Made by a program: the position numbers and the translations under genes. From Sphyrna mokarran (Eukaryota): a stretch of 64,000 nucleotides of DNA. The stretch lies in assembly GCA_024679065.1 (NCBI GenBank), contig JAGIQG010000009.1, positions 102,238,001 through 102,302,000 on the forward strand, written 5' to 3'. Positions within the stretch are counted from its first letter, which is position 1. Every line of letters starts with the position of its first letter. The notes under the pieces were generated by a model. It was not told the DNA's origin, ran no database searches, and saw only the letters and a list, made by a program, of their open reading frames with translations. Positions 12,361-24,829 of this stretch are shown one piece after another.

Positions 12361-15300
12361 GTGAATAGGGAGGTCACGGATAAGGTTTCTAGGTCGCAGC
12401 AGTATAGTGGCAAACGGGAGGGTGGTTTGAAGTGTGTATACGTTAATGCGAGGAGCATACGCAATAAGGTGGATGAACTTGCAGCCTGGATTGGTGCTTG
12501 GGACTTCGATGTTGTGGCCATTTCAGAGACGAGGATAGAGCAGGGGCAGGAATGGTTGTTGCAGGTTCCGGGGTTCAGATGTTTCAGTCAGAGCAGAGGT
12601 GGTGGTAGAAGAGGGGGAGGAGTGGCATTGTTAGTTAAGGACAGCATTACGGTGGCAGAAAAGACGTTTGATGTGGACTTGTCTGCTGAGGTAGTGGGGG
12701 CTGAGATTAGAAACAAGAAAGGAGAGGTCACACTGTTGGGAGTTTTTTATAGGCCTCCAAAAACTTCCAGAGAAGTAGAGGAAGGAATTGCAAAGTTGAT
12801 CCTGGATAGATGTGAAAGTAACAGGGTAGTTGTAATGGGGGACTTTAACTTTTCTAATATCGATCGGAAAAGCTATAGTTCAAGTACGTTAAAGAGGTCA
12901 GTTTTTGTTCAATGTGTGCAGGAAGGGTTCATGACTCAGTATGTAGATAGAACATAGAACATAGAACATAGAACATTACAGCACAGAACAGGCCCTTCGG
13001 CCTTCGATGTTGCGCCGACCAATATAAAAAGCAATGCCCCTCCAAACTAAACCATTCCCTTCTCTTCCATATACTTATCAACTAACCTCTTAAAACGCCA
13101 CCAAACTTGGCGCATCTACAACTGCTGCAGGCAGGGCATTCCACTCCCGAACCACCCTTTGGGTAAAGAACCTGCCTCTGATATCCGTCCTATAACTATC
13201 ACCCCTTAATTTAAAGCTGTGTCCCCTCGTGCTAGCTTTTTCCATCCTAGGAAAAAGGCTATCACTGTCCACCTATACTGTTATATACACACTATATATA
13301 TATACTGTTTCATGACTCAGTATGTAGACAGGCCAACAAGAGGTGAGGCAATATTGGATTTGGTACTGGGTAATGAACCAGACCAGGTGTTAGACTTGGA
13401 GGTGGGTGAGCACTTTGGTGATAGTGACCACAATTCGGTTACATTTACCTTCGTGATGGAAAGGGATGGGCACATACCGAACAACAGTAGTTATAGCTGG
13501 GGGAAAGGTAATTATGAGGCTATTAGGAGAGATTTAGGATGTGTAGGGTGGAGCAGGAAATTGCAGGGGTTGGGGACATCTGAAATGTGGAGCTTATTTA
13601 AGGAACAGCTTCTGCATGTCCTTAATGAATATTTACCTGCCAGGCAGGAAGGAAGTGGTTGAGTGAGGGAACCATGGTGTACTAGGGAAGTTGAATCTCT
13701 GGTGAAGAGGAAGAAGGAGGCTTATATAATGATGAGACGTGAAGGCTCAGTTAGGGCAATGGAGAGCTATAAATCAGCCAGGAAGGGGCTAAAGAGGGAG
13801 TTGAGAAGAGCTAGAAGAGGACACGAGAAGACTTTGGCGGATAGGATTAAGGAGAATCCTAAAGCTTTTTACAGGTATATAAATAATAAAAGATTGGTTA
13901 GGGCAAGATTAGGGCTAGTCAGAGATAGCAGTGGGAAGTTGTGCGTGGAGCCTGAGGAGATAGGAGAGACACTGAATGAGTATTTTTCGTCAGTATTCAC
14001 GCATGAGAAAGACAATGTTGTCGGGGAGAATACTGCGATACCAGGTTGTAGACTGGGCAGGATTGAGGTTCATAAGGAGGAGGTGTTAGCGAATCTTGAG
14101 GGTATGAAAATTGATAAGTCCCCTAGGCCAGATGGGATTTACCCTAGGATTCTCTGGGAGGCTAGAGAGGAGATTGCAGAGCCTTTGGCTTTGATCTTCA
14201 TGTCGTCGTTGGCTACAGGTATAGTGCCGGAAGACTGGAGGATGGCAAATGTTGTCCTTTGTTCAAAAAGGGGAGTAGGGACCATCCTGGAAATTATAGA
14301 CCGGTGAGCCTGACTTCTGTTGTGGGCAAGGTCTTGGAAAGAATTATAAGGGATAGGATTTATAAGCACCTAGAGAGAAATAAATTGATTAGGGATAGTC
14401 AGCACGGTTTTGTGAAGGGTAGGTCATGCCTCACAAACCTTATTGAGTTTTTTGAGGAGGTGACCAAAGAGGTAGATAAGGGTAAGGCAGTTGATGTAGT
14501 GTATATGGATTTTAGCAAAGCGTTTGATAAGGTTCCCCATGGTAGGCTACTGCAGAAGGTGCAGATGCATGGGATTGAAGGTGATTTAGCAGTTTGGATT
14601 AGGAATTGGCTAGCTGATAGAAGACAGAGGGTGGTGGTTGATGGGAAATATTCAACCTGGAGTGCAGTTACAAGTGGTGTACCTCAAGGATCTGTTTTGG
14701 GGCCACTGCTGTTTGTCATTTTTATAAATGACCTAGATGAGGGTGTAGAGGGTTGGATTAGTAAATTTGCTGACGATACCAAAGTGGGGGGAGTTGTAGA
14801 CAGCGAGGATGGATGTTACAGTTTGCAGAGGGACATAGATAGGTTGCAGAGCTGGGCCGTGAGGTGGCAAATGGAATTCAATACGGATAAGTGTGAGGTG
14901 ATTCACTTTGGTAGGAATAACAGGCATATGAAATATAGGGCTAATGGAAGGACCCTTAATAGTGTTGTCGAGCAGAGGGATCTTGGGGTACAAGTACATA
15001 GCTCTTTGAAAGTTGGCACCCAGGTTGATAAAGTTGTTAAGAAGGCGTACGGTGTGTTAGCTTTTATTGGTAGAGGGATTGAATTTAGGAGCCGTGAGGT
15101 TATGTTACAACTGTACAAAACTCTGGTGCGGCCGCACTTGAGTATTGCGTACAGTTCTGGTCGCCGCATTATAAGAAAGATGTGGAAGCATTGGAAAGGG
15201 TGCAGAGGAGGTTTACCAGGATGTTGCCTGGTATGGTGGGAAGGCCTTATGAGGAAAGGCTGAGGGACCTGAGGTTATTTTCATTAGAGAGAAGGTTACG

Positions 15301-15571
15301 CAGTGACCTAATTGAGGCATATAAGATAATCAAGGGATTGGATAGGATGGATAGTGAGAGCCTTTTTCCTCGGATGGTGATGACCAACACGAGGGGACAT
15401 AACTTTAAATTAAGAGGTGGTAGTTATAGGACGGATGTCAGAGGCAGGTTCTTTACACAGAGGGTGGTGAGGGCGTGGAATGCCCTGCCTGCAGCAGTTG
15501 TGGACTCACCTACTTTGGGGGCATTCAAATGTTCGGTGGATAGGCATATGGATGACATTGAAATAGTTTAG
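12361..15571 (+). pseudogene. CR1 ORF2 (endonuclease + reverse transcriptase), disrupted
   Basis: Successive ORFs from 12361, 13219, 13663, 14259 and 15182 join into an ORF2 once the 12948-13308 insertion and one TSD copy are removed. Confidence 0.93.
12948..13308 (-). mobile_element. 5'-truncated CR1 nested antisense in ORF2, with 20-bp TSD
   Basis: (tagaaca)n tail; TSD ttcatgactcagtatgtaga at 12928-12947 and 13309-13328; nearly the same sequence as 60750-61065. Confidence 0.92.
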
Positions 15572-16109
15572 GTTAGAGGGTCCACTGGCCGGTGCAACAT
15601 CGAGGGCCGAAGAGCCTGTACTGCGCTGTAATGTTCTATGTTCTATATATATCGTATTCCAAGCGCGGCCTTAGCAATGTCTTGTACAACTTCAACAAGA
15701 TGTCCCAACTCCTGTATTCAAAAAGGCCAAGCATGCTGAATGCCTCCTTCACCACTTTGTCCACCTGGGACTCCATTTTCATGAAGCAATACGTATCCCT
15801 ACATCTCTGTTCTGTAACTCTCACTAATGCCCTATCATTAACTGAGCAAGTTCAACCCTGGTTCCATCTACCAAAATGCATCACCTTGCATTTATCTAAA
15901 TTAAACTCCATCTGCCATTCATCAGCCAGTGGCCCAATTGATCAAGAACCCATTGCAATTGGAGATAACCTTCTTCACTGTCCACTAAGCCACCAATCTT
16001 GGTGTCATCTGCAAACTTACTAATCATGCTGCCTATATTTTTATCCAAATCATTAGTATAAATGATAAATAACAGTGGACCCAGCACCAATCCCTGAGGC
16101 ACATCACTG

Positions 16110-16195
16110 GTAAGAAGTCTCACAACACTAGGTTAAAGTCCAACAGATTTATTTGGTAGCAAAAGCCACTAGCTTTCAGAGTGCTGCTCCTTCAA
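16110..16195 (-). mobile_element. Penelope-like pLTR fragment
   Basis: gtaagaagtctcacaacactaggttaaagtccaac...agctttcagagtgctgctccttc. Confidence 0.7.
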
Positions 16196-16211
16196 TGACT
16201 TCATTCAGTGC

Positions 16212-16385
16212 CTCCTGAATGCAGTAACAGAGCAACATGAGCAGCTAATGCTGGTAAGAGAAGGAAGCCCAGCCAGATGTGCTGCTTGGGAGGAGGTAGC
16301 CAAGGGGTTTAGCAGATTAAGGTTGGTCAGAATTAAATAGTCCCAATGGTAGAAAAGGCTCACTGACCTAATGAGCATGTCCAAT
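16212..16385 (+). mobile_element. Harbinger-type Myb/SANT (trihelix) exon relic
   Basis: LLNAVTEQHEQL...AAWEEVAKGFS...VRIK*SQW*KRLTDL followed by a gtaagt donor; matches the W.EVA...R...Q..KR..DL pattern; two in-frame stops. Confidence 0.65.
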
Positions 16386-17264
16386 GTAAGTAAGGCCTCA
16401 AAATGTGCAATCTTGTGTCAGTTTGCAACACAGCATGCTCAGGAATGCTGGAGGAAAATCACTTTGGCTAGACCACAAGAGCAGCATTGATTCAACATGG
16501 GAGTAATGCCTTTCGTTATGACATTCTGCATTTAAAGCTAATATTTAAAGCATTTAAATATTCAGAAATATTCTGAAATCGTTGACAAGTGAACCTTTTT
16601 CACCTGTTTTCAGAAGAGACATTGATATGACACTTTATAACCTAAGAGATGGCTGGGAATGAAATATTACATGCCACAGCTGAGAAAAGGCTTCAAGCTC
16701 TTGGATTTTGAAATGGATAGTATTCAATCAAATAGGCACACTGGCACTAACAGTGGAGATTGGACACCCAGAAATCACAAGATCCCCTTCCCTCAGTATC
16801 ATTTGTGGAAGCATGCAAGATATTCCCTTAGTGTCTGTGTTGATATGTGCAATCCTCTCCACTTGGATCCGGCATTTTGCGGTGTCGATAGTAGTCATGA
16901 TGTAAAGAATTGAGTTCTTACTACCCCAGTCCAACGCCGGCATCTTTACATGATATTCCCTTATGCAGGTCTATCCTGCCACTCACTTGTGTAAAGACAG
17001 CTTAAGCTTTCAAATGTAATTTACATCGGGGCCTGTGAGGATTATACTCCCAGTACATCACAGTATCCCACTACTCTTCAAGACAGGATATAAATACACG
17101 AACAGGGGAGGAGACTGGGAGAAAATGCAAGAGAACTGCAATGTCCTTAATGTTACCATTAAGACTCACTTCGTCTGTGTCTAATGACATCTTTGTCCAT
17201 CTTTCCTTAGCTTAGATAGGAAGGTTAACCTATCCTTAACCTTCTGTTACACCTCCACCACACT

Positions 17265-19475
17265 GTTACTCCTATGTTAGGAAGAAAAGGATGGTTAGAG
17301 GGAAAAAAAAAAAATCAGACCTCTTAGGGACAGAGGAGGGAAACTGTGCTTAGAGCCCAAGGGAATGGCGGAGATCCTGAATGAATACTTTGCGTCAGTA
17401 TTCACGAAGGAGAAGGACTTGTTGACAGCTCCTGTCTCTGAGGGAGCTGTGGACCAGTCTAGAAGTGTTAGAGCTTCTAGGTAGCATTAAAACTGATAAA
17501 TCTCCGGGACCTGATGACACTTATCCCAGGCTGCTTAGGGAGGTGCGAGGTGAAATTGCTGGGCCTCTGACGCAAATCTTTGTCTCTTCCTTGGACACAG
17601 GTGAGGTCCCAGAGGACTGGAGAATAGCCAATGTTGTACTGTTGTTTAAAAAGGGTAGTAGGGATAACCCTGGAAATTATAGTCTGATGAGTTTGATGTC
17701 AGTGGTAGGGAAGCTGTTGGAGGGGATTCTTAGAGATAGGATGCACAGGCACTTAGAGAGTTGCAATCTGATTAGGGATACGCAGCATGGCTTTGTTAAG
17801 GGGAGGTCGTGCCTTACGAATCTGGTAGAATTATTTGAGGAGGTGACGAAAACGGTCGATGAAGGGCGAGCCACTGATGTCGTCTATATGGATTTCAGTA
17901 AGGCGTTTGACAAAGTGCTTCATGGGAGATTAGTTGAGAAGGTCAAGGCTCATGGAATACAAGGACAGGTAGCTAGATGGATAAGTAACTGGCTTAGTAA
18001 TAGGAGACAGAGTAATAGTGGAACGGTGTTTATCTAGCTGGAGGTCGGTTACTAGTGGTGTGCCACAGGACTCGGTACTGGGACCTCTTCTATTTGTAAT
18101 ATATATAAATGACTTGGAAGAGGGAGTAAGTGGAGCGATCAGCAAGTTTGCAGACGATACAAAGATGGCTGGACTTGCAGATAGTGAGGAGCATTGTCAG
18201 GCAATGCAGCAGGACATAGATAGGCTGGTAGCTTAGGCAGATAGAATTCAATCCTGATAAATGCCAGGTGATGCATTTCAGGAGAAACAATGTAGGGGGA
18301 AGGTATATGATAAAGGGTAGACCTATTAAGAGTACAGAAATGCAGAGGGACCTGGGGTACAGGTGCACAAGTCTCTGAAGGTGACAGAGCAGGTGGAGAA
18401 GGTTGTGAAGAAAGCATATGGTATGTTAGCCTTTATAGGAATGGGTATAGAGTACAAGAGCTGGCCGCTAATGTTGCAGTCGTATAAAACTTTAGTTAGA
18501 CCTCATTTGAAATACTGCATCCGGTTCTGTTCGCCTTTTTGCCGGAAGGACGTGGAGACCCTGGAGAGAGTGCAGAGGAGGTTTACCAGGATGCTGCCTG
18601 GTATGGAAGGTCTGAGTTATGAGGAGAGGTTAGGCAAATTGGGACTGTTTTCCTTAGGAAGACGTGGACTTAGTGGAGATCTAATAGAGATGTACAAGAT
18701 TATGAGGGGTATAGATAGAGTAAACAGGGTTAATCTTTTTCCTAGGATGGACTCAAATAACATGAGGGGTCACGGGCTTAGGGTGAGGGGGTAAGATATA
18801 GTTTGGATGCTGGAGGGAGTTTTTTCACACAGAGGGTGGGTGGGGGTATGGAATGCAGTGCCAGGTAAAGTGGTGGAGGCAGGCACTCTGGAGTTATTTA
18901 AGAGACACTTAGATGGGCACATGAACAGAATGGGAATGGAGGGGTATAGAAAACTGATTTAAAATAGGGATCATGAGCCTTGGGCATCCCTGGGAAGTGT
19001 GTAAATAGATGATGATATTGTTGTACTTGTTTTCATGCTACAGGTGCTTTGGTCCACCTTGTTGTCTAACAAGGGACATACACGCGATGGGTCGTGAGAG
19101 TATCCTAGTGCTTCACGCCATTAGTATATGCTTGACCTGGGCCATTTGATGGCATCACGACAGCTCAGTGACTATTGCTGTGCTGTGCAGATACATGGAT
19201 TTGGATTTGGGCCTGTGTCTGTGGGAGTTTGCACATTCTCCCCGTGCTTGCGTGGGTTTTCACCGGGTGCTCCGGTTTCCTCCCACATCCCAAAGATGTG
19301 CTCTTAGGCAAATTGGCAAAACAAATTCTCCCTAAATTGTCTCAAATTTGTTTTTTTAATCCATAGACCTATAAACATAGATGGGGATCACGGGTATAGA
19401 AGGGAATGTAAGTGTAGCTGCGCAAGCTCATTGGACCGAAGGGCCTGTTTCCGTGCTGTTTTGCTCTTTGTTCTG
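17265..19475 (+). mobile_element. 5'-truncated CR1, subfamily with a V-SINE-containing 3'UTR (copy 1)
   Basis: RT ORFs 17465-18794; 3'UTR ~18962-19475 with V-domain at ~19213-19300; tail tttgttct. Confidence 0.9.
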
Positions 19476-20282
19476 CATACAGTTGTGCTGCCTAGACATT
19501 TGTGGCATAGTTTCCCCACTGATGTTCTTTACAAATCAGCAGTTCTAAGACAGCTCTGCAGTGGCTATCACTCAGGGAACACATGATAAGGCAGCCCACA
19601 GGTTCCCCTTTCTCATGCCTGCCCACTCTGGCAGTACTAAGCCTTTGGCAGAAGGAATTTCTCACTGGACTAACATTAACTGGCCCCAGTGTAACTAGCC
19701 CATTAACGTGATCTTGGATGAGAACAGGTTTCGCATCCCACCGACTTCGTGCATGACCATGCATAACGTTCAGGCCATTAATCATGTTCGTCACTCTAAA
19801 AGATGATACCGGACTTGTTGAGCATTTCCAGCAGTTATTTTTAAATAATCGTAATTTCCTTCTTCAGGATTAGGCATTTCTTTTATCTCTCTGAACTCAT
19901 TTTACTCTGTATATGAGAGCTATAACTGTTTTGAGAAATGTGAGTAAAAGCTTTTTTTTTTAAAAAGTAGCTTGGCCTACATGAGCCAGCCGTGGATATA
20001 TACCTAGTGTACTGGTTTAGTGAGGAAATTCAAGAGTTAAAGGTTTAGATATTTCAAGGAAACAGCAAGCCAAGTTAGTACATTACAAAAATTAGTTTAA
20101 CAGCATAAATACAGGAATCCCATCTGGATAGCAGCAGCAGAGAAATAGGGAACAGAAGGGAGTGGAATGGTTTTAGAATAACTGTGAGAATGGGGCAGAA
20201 CAAGGCGAGAGCAGGGAACAAGATATGATCATTTACTGTCAGGAAATGACACAGTTCTGCATTCCTGTCAAAGTGAAACTCA

Positions 20283-20506
20283 TGATGTAGAGATACCAGT
20301 GTTGGACTGGGCTAAACACAGTAAGAAGTCTGACAACACCAGGTTTAAATCCAACCGATTTATTTGATAGTAAACTTACACAAGCTTTCGAGGCTCTGCT
20401 CTAGAACACCACATTCACCTGACAAAGAGCAGAGCCTCGAAAGCTTGTGTAAGTTTACTATCAAATAAATCGGTTGGACTTAAACCTGGTGTTGTCAGAC
20501 TTCTTA
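20283..20506. mobile_element. Penelope-like fold-back element with hammerhead-like motif (20416-20449)
   Basis: About 80-bp near-perfect inverted arms; cac-CTGACAA-a-gag..ctc-GAAAGCTT-gtg (core variant). Confidence 0.8.
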
Positions 20507-20599
20507 AAGTGAATCACAGTCAGAATAATAGCACAAATCCAGCTCATGCGTCCTGAAGGAAACTGAAACTTTTTGGCCCTCTTATTTATGGAAAAATAT

Positions 20600-21620
20600 A
20601 GTGGCAGAAACTCTCCCAAAAAAGTTCTAACAGTGAAGATAACGGAGTGATCTGTGATTATCTCTCAGATGCGCTGGGCACCGCAATCCTCCAACACCAA
20701 GTCACTTCTTGGAGAGACGGAAGTTTTACTGAGGAGGTTGAGGGGCAGGGGGTGTTGCTGTTGGTTAGCAGCCTAAACGTGTTGGTAAGCCCATCTTCAG
20801 TGCACTAGGATGTTGTTTCGATGGGGCAGCCTATATCACAGTGCATTGGGACAGCCCTGCCCTCATCCCACAGACACTGGGACAAACACCCTCCCCCCAT
20901 CCCTCCCCCCATCCCTCCCCATTCAGTACTCTCGACATCCCCTTATTTATGACAAGTTATAATAGACAAAATTGTTCCAAAAACATTTGAAGTCTCATAA
21001 CAGTAAGAATAATGGAGTGATCTGTGTTGATCTCTTTGATACACTGGACACACTAATTCTCTAACACCAAGTCACTTTTTTTTTTGGCGAGTTGGGCATT
21101 TGCACCAATACTGGGGAGGGAACAAGGCCTAAACACCCACTCCACCAGGTCAGACATATGCTTGCATAAGACCCTCCCTCCACCCTCCCTCCCGTCAGGA
21201 CCCCCACTCAGATCCCACACCCTTAGCACTGCCTCAGACACATCACCGTCACCATGTGGGCACCAGTGTGCTGGTACCAACGGGCAACACCTGGCAATGC
21301 CCCAATCACCCTGAACACTTCAGGTCTCTGCTAAGGGAGACCAGTAGTAATTCTCTCCATTATCACGAGTTATCTGAAGGCCAGTGAATTTTGTGCACCA
21401 TGATTTGAATGGGCGATGAATATTTAAATACTAATTTAAAAATGCTCATCAGCCTCTGGTTCATGCTATTAGAAAGGGGCTATAAGAATTATTTGGCACC
21501 CGTGCGATTTTTAGGCTCGCAAACTATCCTCTGGTTCGGCACAAAGTCCGGAAATTACCTATTTCACTGGGGACAGTTCAGGGAAGGATACTCACATGAT
21601 CCCCGGAATGGGGCGATTGT
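20600..21620. mobile_element. GC-rich non-autonomous DNA-transposon-like (Harbinger-type) remnant
   Basis: Start ggcagaaactctcccaaaaaagttctaa resembles 39362; internal ~90-bp direct repeat (~20630 and ~20995); ggcaatgccc motifs shared with 28400-29345, 39362-40200 and 44890-46600. Confidence 0.45.
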
Positions 21621-21764
21621 CTTACGAGGAAAGGTTAAACGTGCTAGGACTCTACTTATCGTGTTTAGGGGGAGCTCATAAACCTCAAGATATATTATGA
21701 TGTTAGTCTGGATCCCAATTATTTTCTTTTTCCTTACACTAATATTGGAATAAGGAAAAGTGTT

Positions 21765-22070
21765 TCACTACAGTGCAAAGGAGCCAATTCACCCCATTAA
21801 GTCTGCACCAATCCCAATCCCATCCAGGCCCTTTTCCCGTAACCCCATAAATCTCCTCTGCTAATCTCCCTGACACTAAGTTCAATTTAGCAGAGCCAAT
21901 CAACCTAACCTGCACATCTTGGATTGCAGGAGGAAACTGGAGCACCCAAAGGAAATCTACGGAGACACCAGGAGAATGTGCAAATTCCACACAAGACAGT
22001 GACACGAGGTTGGAATTGAACCCAGGTCCCTGACAGTGTGAGCCACAGAGCTAACTGCTGTGCCGTCCCA
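21765..22070 (-). mobile_element. HE1-like V-SINE
   Basis: Reverse V-domain and tRNA-derived head. Confidence 0.8.
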
Positions 22071-22476
22071 AAAATGCAATTCATAATTACTAATCTATTT
22101 CTGTTAGCTCCAGTTTAAGCGATATTCCTCATAGACAAACTGCTCTTCAAAGTAGAAAAAAATACAGGCTTATGTGTTTTAATTGTTAACAGTCCCACAG
22201 TGCACGTGCAGGAAGATGCGCATGGGAGCGAGCGAGCAAGATCCATCTTCTGCTCCAAAACAGCAGCCTCTAGAGAAACAGAGGCTGCTTGCTCCCTTCA
22301 GACCCCAAACAACAACTACCTGCTTTTTTCTGTAAGCTTAGCTTCTTCCATTCACATGACTCAGCCACTGTCAATCAAAGTCTACCCTGAAAATCCAGGC
22401 GAAAACCCAAAAAAATGAAACAAAACTGCAATAGCTCAGATTTAAACAAACACTCCATTATCGAGGATCTGTAATC

Positions 22477-24320
22477 CATCATGCAAACCAGCCTCCCATC
22501 CATTGACTCTGTCTACACTTCCTGCTGCCTCAGCAAAGGAGCTTAGCATAATCAAGGATCCTCAGTTTAAACCTATGCCCTCTGGTCCTTGACACCTCTG
22601 TGGTAGTCATGATATGGAGATACTGGCGTCAGACTGGGGCACCACAATAAGAAGTCTCACAACACCAGGTTAAAGTCCAACAGGTTTATTTGTAGCAATC
22701 ACCAGATGACAAATGGGAAAGCCCCAAAAGATAGTGTTGTGAGACTTCTTACTTTGACACTTCTGCCATGGCAAAACAATTCTTACAGTCTGCTCTATCT
22801 ACCCCTTTCATAAAATTCTTAAATTCTCCTTCAGCCTCCTCTGCTCTTAAGAAAAAAGCCCAGTCTATCTAATCTCTCCTCGTAGCTGAAACTTTTCATC
22901 CCATCAAACATCCTGATTAATGTCTTCTGCATTCTACCCAGTCCTTCTGGATTTAAGTGTGGTGACCAGAACTGCACACAGTATTCCAGCCGTGGCCTAA
23001 CCAACGTTTTATAAAGTTGCAACAAGACCTCATCGTTTCTTGGCCTTTTGGCTAAGAGCAAGCATCAGCTCAAGCCCAAGATGGGGTACAATATGTTATC
23101 TATCTTGGGGACAATGAATTAGAATTTGAATTTATTTATTGGCACAAACAAGAAAATAGATTTGGATCAATTCAGTCCACTTTCAGCATTGGCTTTGTAA
23201 CTTTAAGAATGGAATAAAAAAAGCATAAACCCTGCTCCTATATTCAATGCTGGTATACGACTGGTCACAGGCTTCCAATCACTAAACCAAACCTCCACCC
23301 CCTTTGCCCCTTATTATTGAGCCAATTTTGGATTCAATTTATCAAATTATGTTGGATCTCTTGGCATCTAGCCCTTTGGACCAGTCTTCCATGTGGGATC
23401 TTACAACATCTCATCTTCTGATTGGTCCATTTAAAGCACATCAATTGTGCAACCTCATTAATGTATTTAGTTCAATTTTCAAAAACACTCAATCAATTTA
23501 GTTAGACAAGATAAGTGCTGACTATCCTTGATTAAGCCCTGCCTTTCCGAATGTTAATTAATCATCACCCTAAGAATTTTTTCTAATAATTTCTCTGCCA
23601 CTGATGGCTTGTAATTACCTAGTTATCCCTGCTGCCATGCTAGAATAAAGGTACCACATTGGCTATCTTCCAGTCATCTGGCACTTCACCTGCAAACATT
23701 TAAATATTTCCATCAATGTCCCTACAATCTCTAACTTGCCTTCCATATCAGTCTGTGAAACATCTCATCAGGCCTGAGGGAATTTATGCATCTTTATGCC
23801 TGCTAAAATATTTGATACCTTTTCCTTAGGAATCTTAATACACTGTAAAACTTCACTTTCCTGACTGAAATCTCTAACTGCTATATCTTTCTCCTTCATG
23901 AATACAGATGAAAAACATTCATTAAGACCTCTACTTGCACTCAGATTGTCCCTTTGGTATCCAAAGGATCCCAGTCTCTTTGGTCTGCCTCTTCCTTAAT
24001 CTTATCTGTCAATGATATTTTATGTCTCCTCTTCACCCTTTAATTTTTTTTTAAGTACCCAGGTTACTCTACTGCTGAAGGACTTTTCGCACTTCATGCC
24101 TACCATATTCTTTCTTTATCAGATCTCAATATCCCTTGACGACTAGAGTCCTGCTTGTGTATATTTAAGGCTGAGATGGATAGATTTTTGATCACTAAGG
24201 GAATATAGGTTACGGGGAAAAGATAGGCAAGTGAGCGTAAGGAATATTGGATCAACCGCAATCCTATTGAATGGCAGAGCAGGCTCGAGGGGTCAAACAA
24301 CTTCCTCCTGCTCCCATTTC
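22477..24320. mobile_element. Mixed old repeats: Rex1/Babar fragment (~22477-22560), Penelope hairpin (~22610-22755), CR1 fragments
   Basis: agcctcccatccattgactctgtctacac; aagaagtctcacaacac...gtgttgtgagacttctt; LYKTLVRPRLEYCVQFWSP. Confidence 0.65.
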
Positions 24321-24750
24321 TTCTGCTTCTCAAGGCAAACGTTCGCCTGGCGCATATTACCAAAGGGAAAAACAAAATAAAATGACATTTGTTTCTACTT
24401 TTCCTCGTTCCTCCAGAAACATGTTCCTTTGGCATCACGCTGAGACAGTAAATATGTTTGAAATAAAACAGATATTTACTCTGTCCATAACTGCTCCAGG
24501 CTGGGCGTTGCCTTCCCCGAGCCCAGTGATATGGTCCAGTTACAGAGACTGGGATATTGGGAGGGGGAATCCAATACAGGGCAAAATTTGCACAATACGG
24601 AGGACGACAGATTGTTCAAGAACAGTTTAATACCCCTTCGCACTGCAGTAGTTAATGCTCAGCTAGCCCGAGTCTTTGTTTTTTTTATTGCAACTTTAGT
24701 TTTTAGTTTTCCCAATCTCCATCACAATCGGTTTAAAGAGACTAATTTAC

Positions 24751-24829
24751 CTGAAATCGAGGCTGTTCGAAGGTGAAGAAAAGGGAGAATGAATATCAAC
24801 TGTGCAGAAAAACAGCCGCACACTTCCAT
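24751..24829 (-). CDS. Ig-superfamily receptor, exon 1 (signal peptide) MEVCGCFSAQLIFILPFLHLRTASIS
   Basis: ATG in strong context (aacATGg); hydrophobic core; donor CAG|gtaaat in phase 1, joining exon 2 in frame (G+CA = Ala). Not in the ORF track. Confidence 0.75.

Larger units (their letters stand above)
11083..15645 (+). mobile_element. Near-full-length CR1 LINE (5'UTR, ORF1, ORF2, 3' tail), inactivated
   Basis: ORF1 CxxC...CxxC plus leucine zipper plus GDSL/SGNH esterase; ORF2 APE endonuclease (NARS, SET, GDFN, SDH) plus RT (QHGF, PQGSVLGP, FADD); tail (tgttcta)n; few stops and frameshifts. Confidence 0.95.
10222..16110 (-). mobile_element. Older CR1 (pieces ~10222-10688, ~11023-11060, ~15650-16110) hosting an HE1 SINE (~10690-11022) and the long plus-strand CR1
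   Basis: Contiguous CR1 sequence on both sides of the insertions; ORF 15896-16123 VPQGLVLGPLLFIIY...KFADDTK. Confidence 0.75.

Noticed and set aside
16659-16943. Short overlapping ORFs
   Set aside because: No recognisable domain; they run into a Penelope terminus fragment at ~16900-16950.
24100-24776. ORFs 24100-24438, 24271-24630 and 24531-24776
   Set aside because: Begin in or overlap a CR1 tail and the first intron of the Ig gene; no recognisable protein features.
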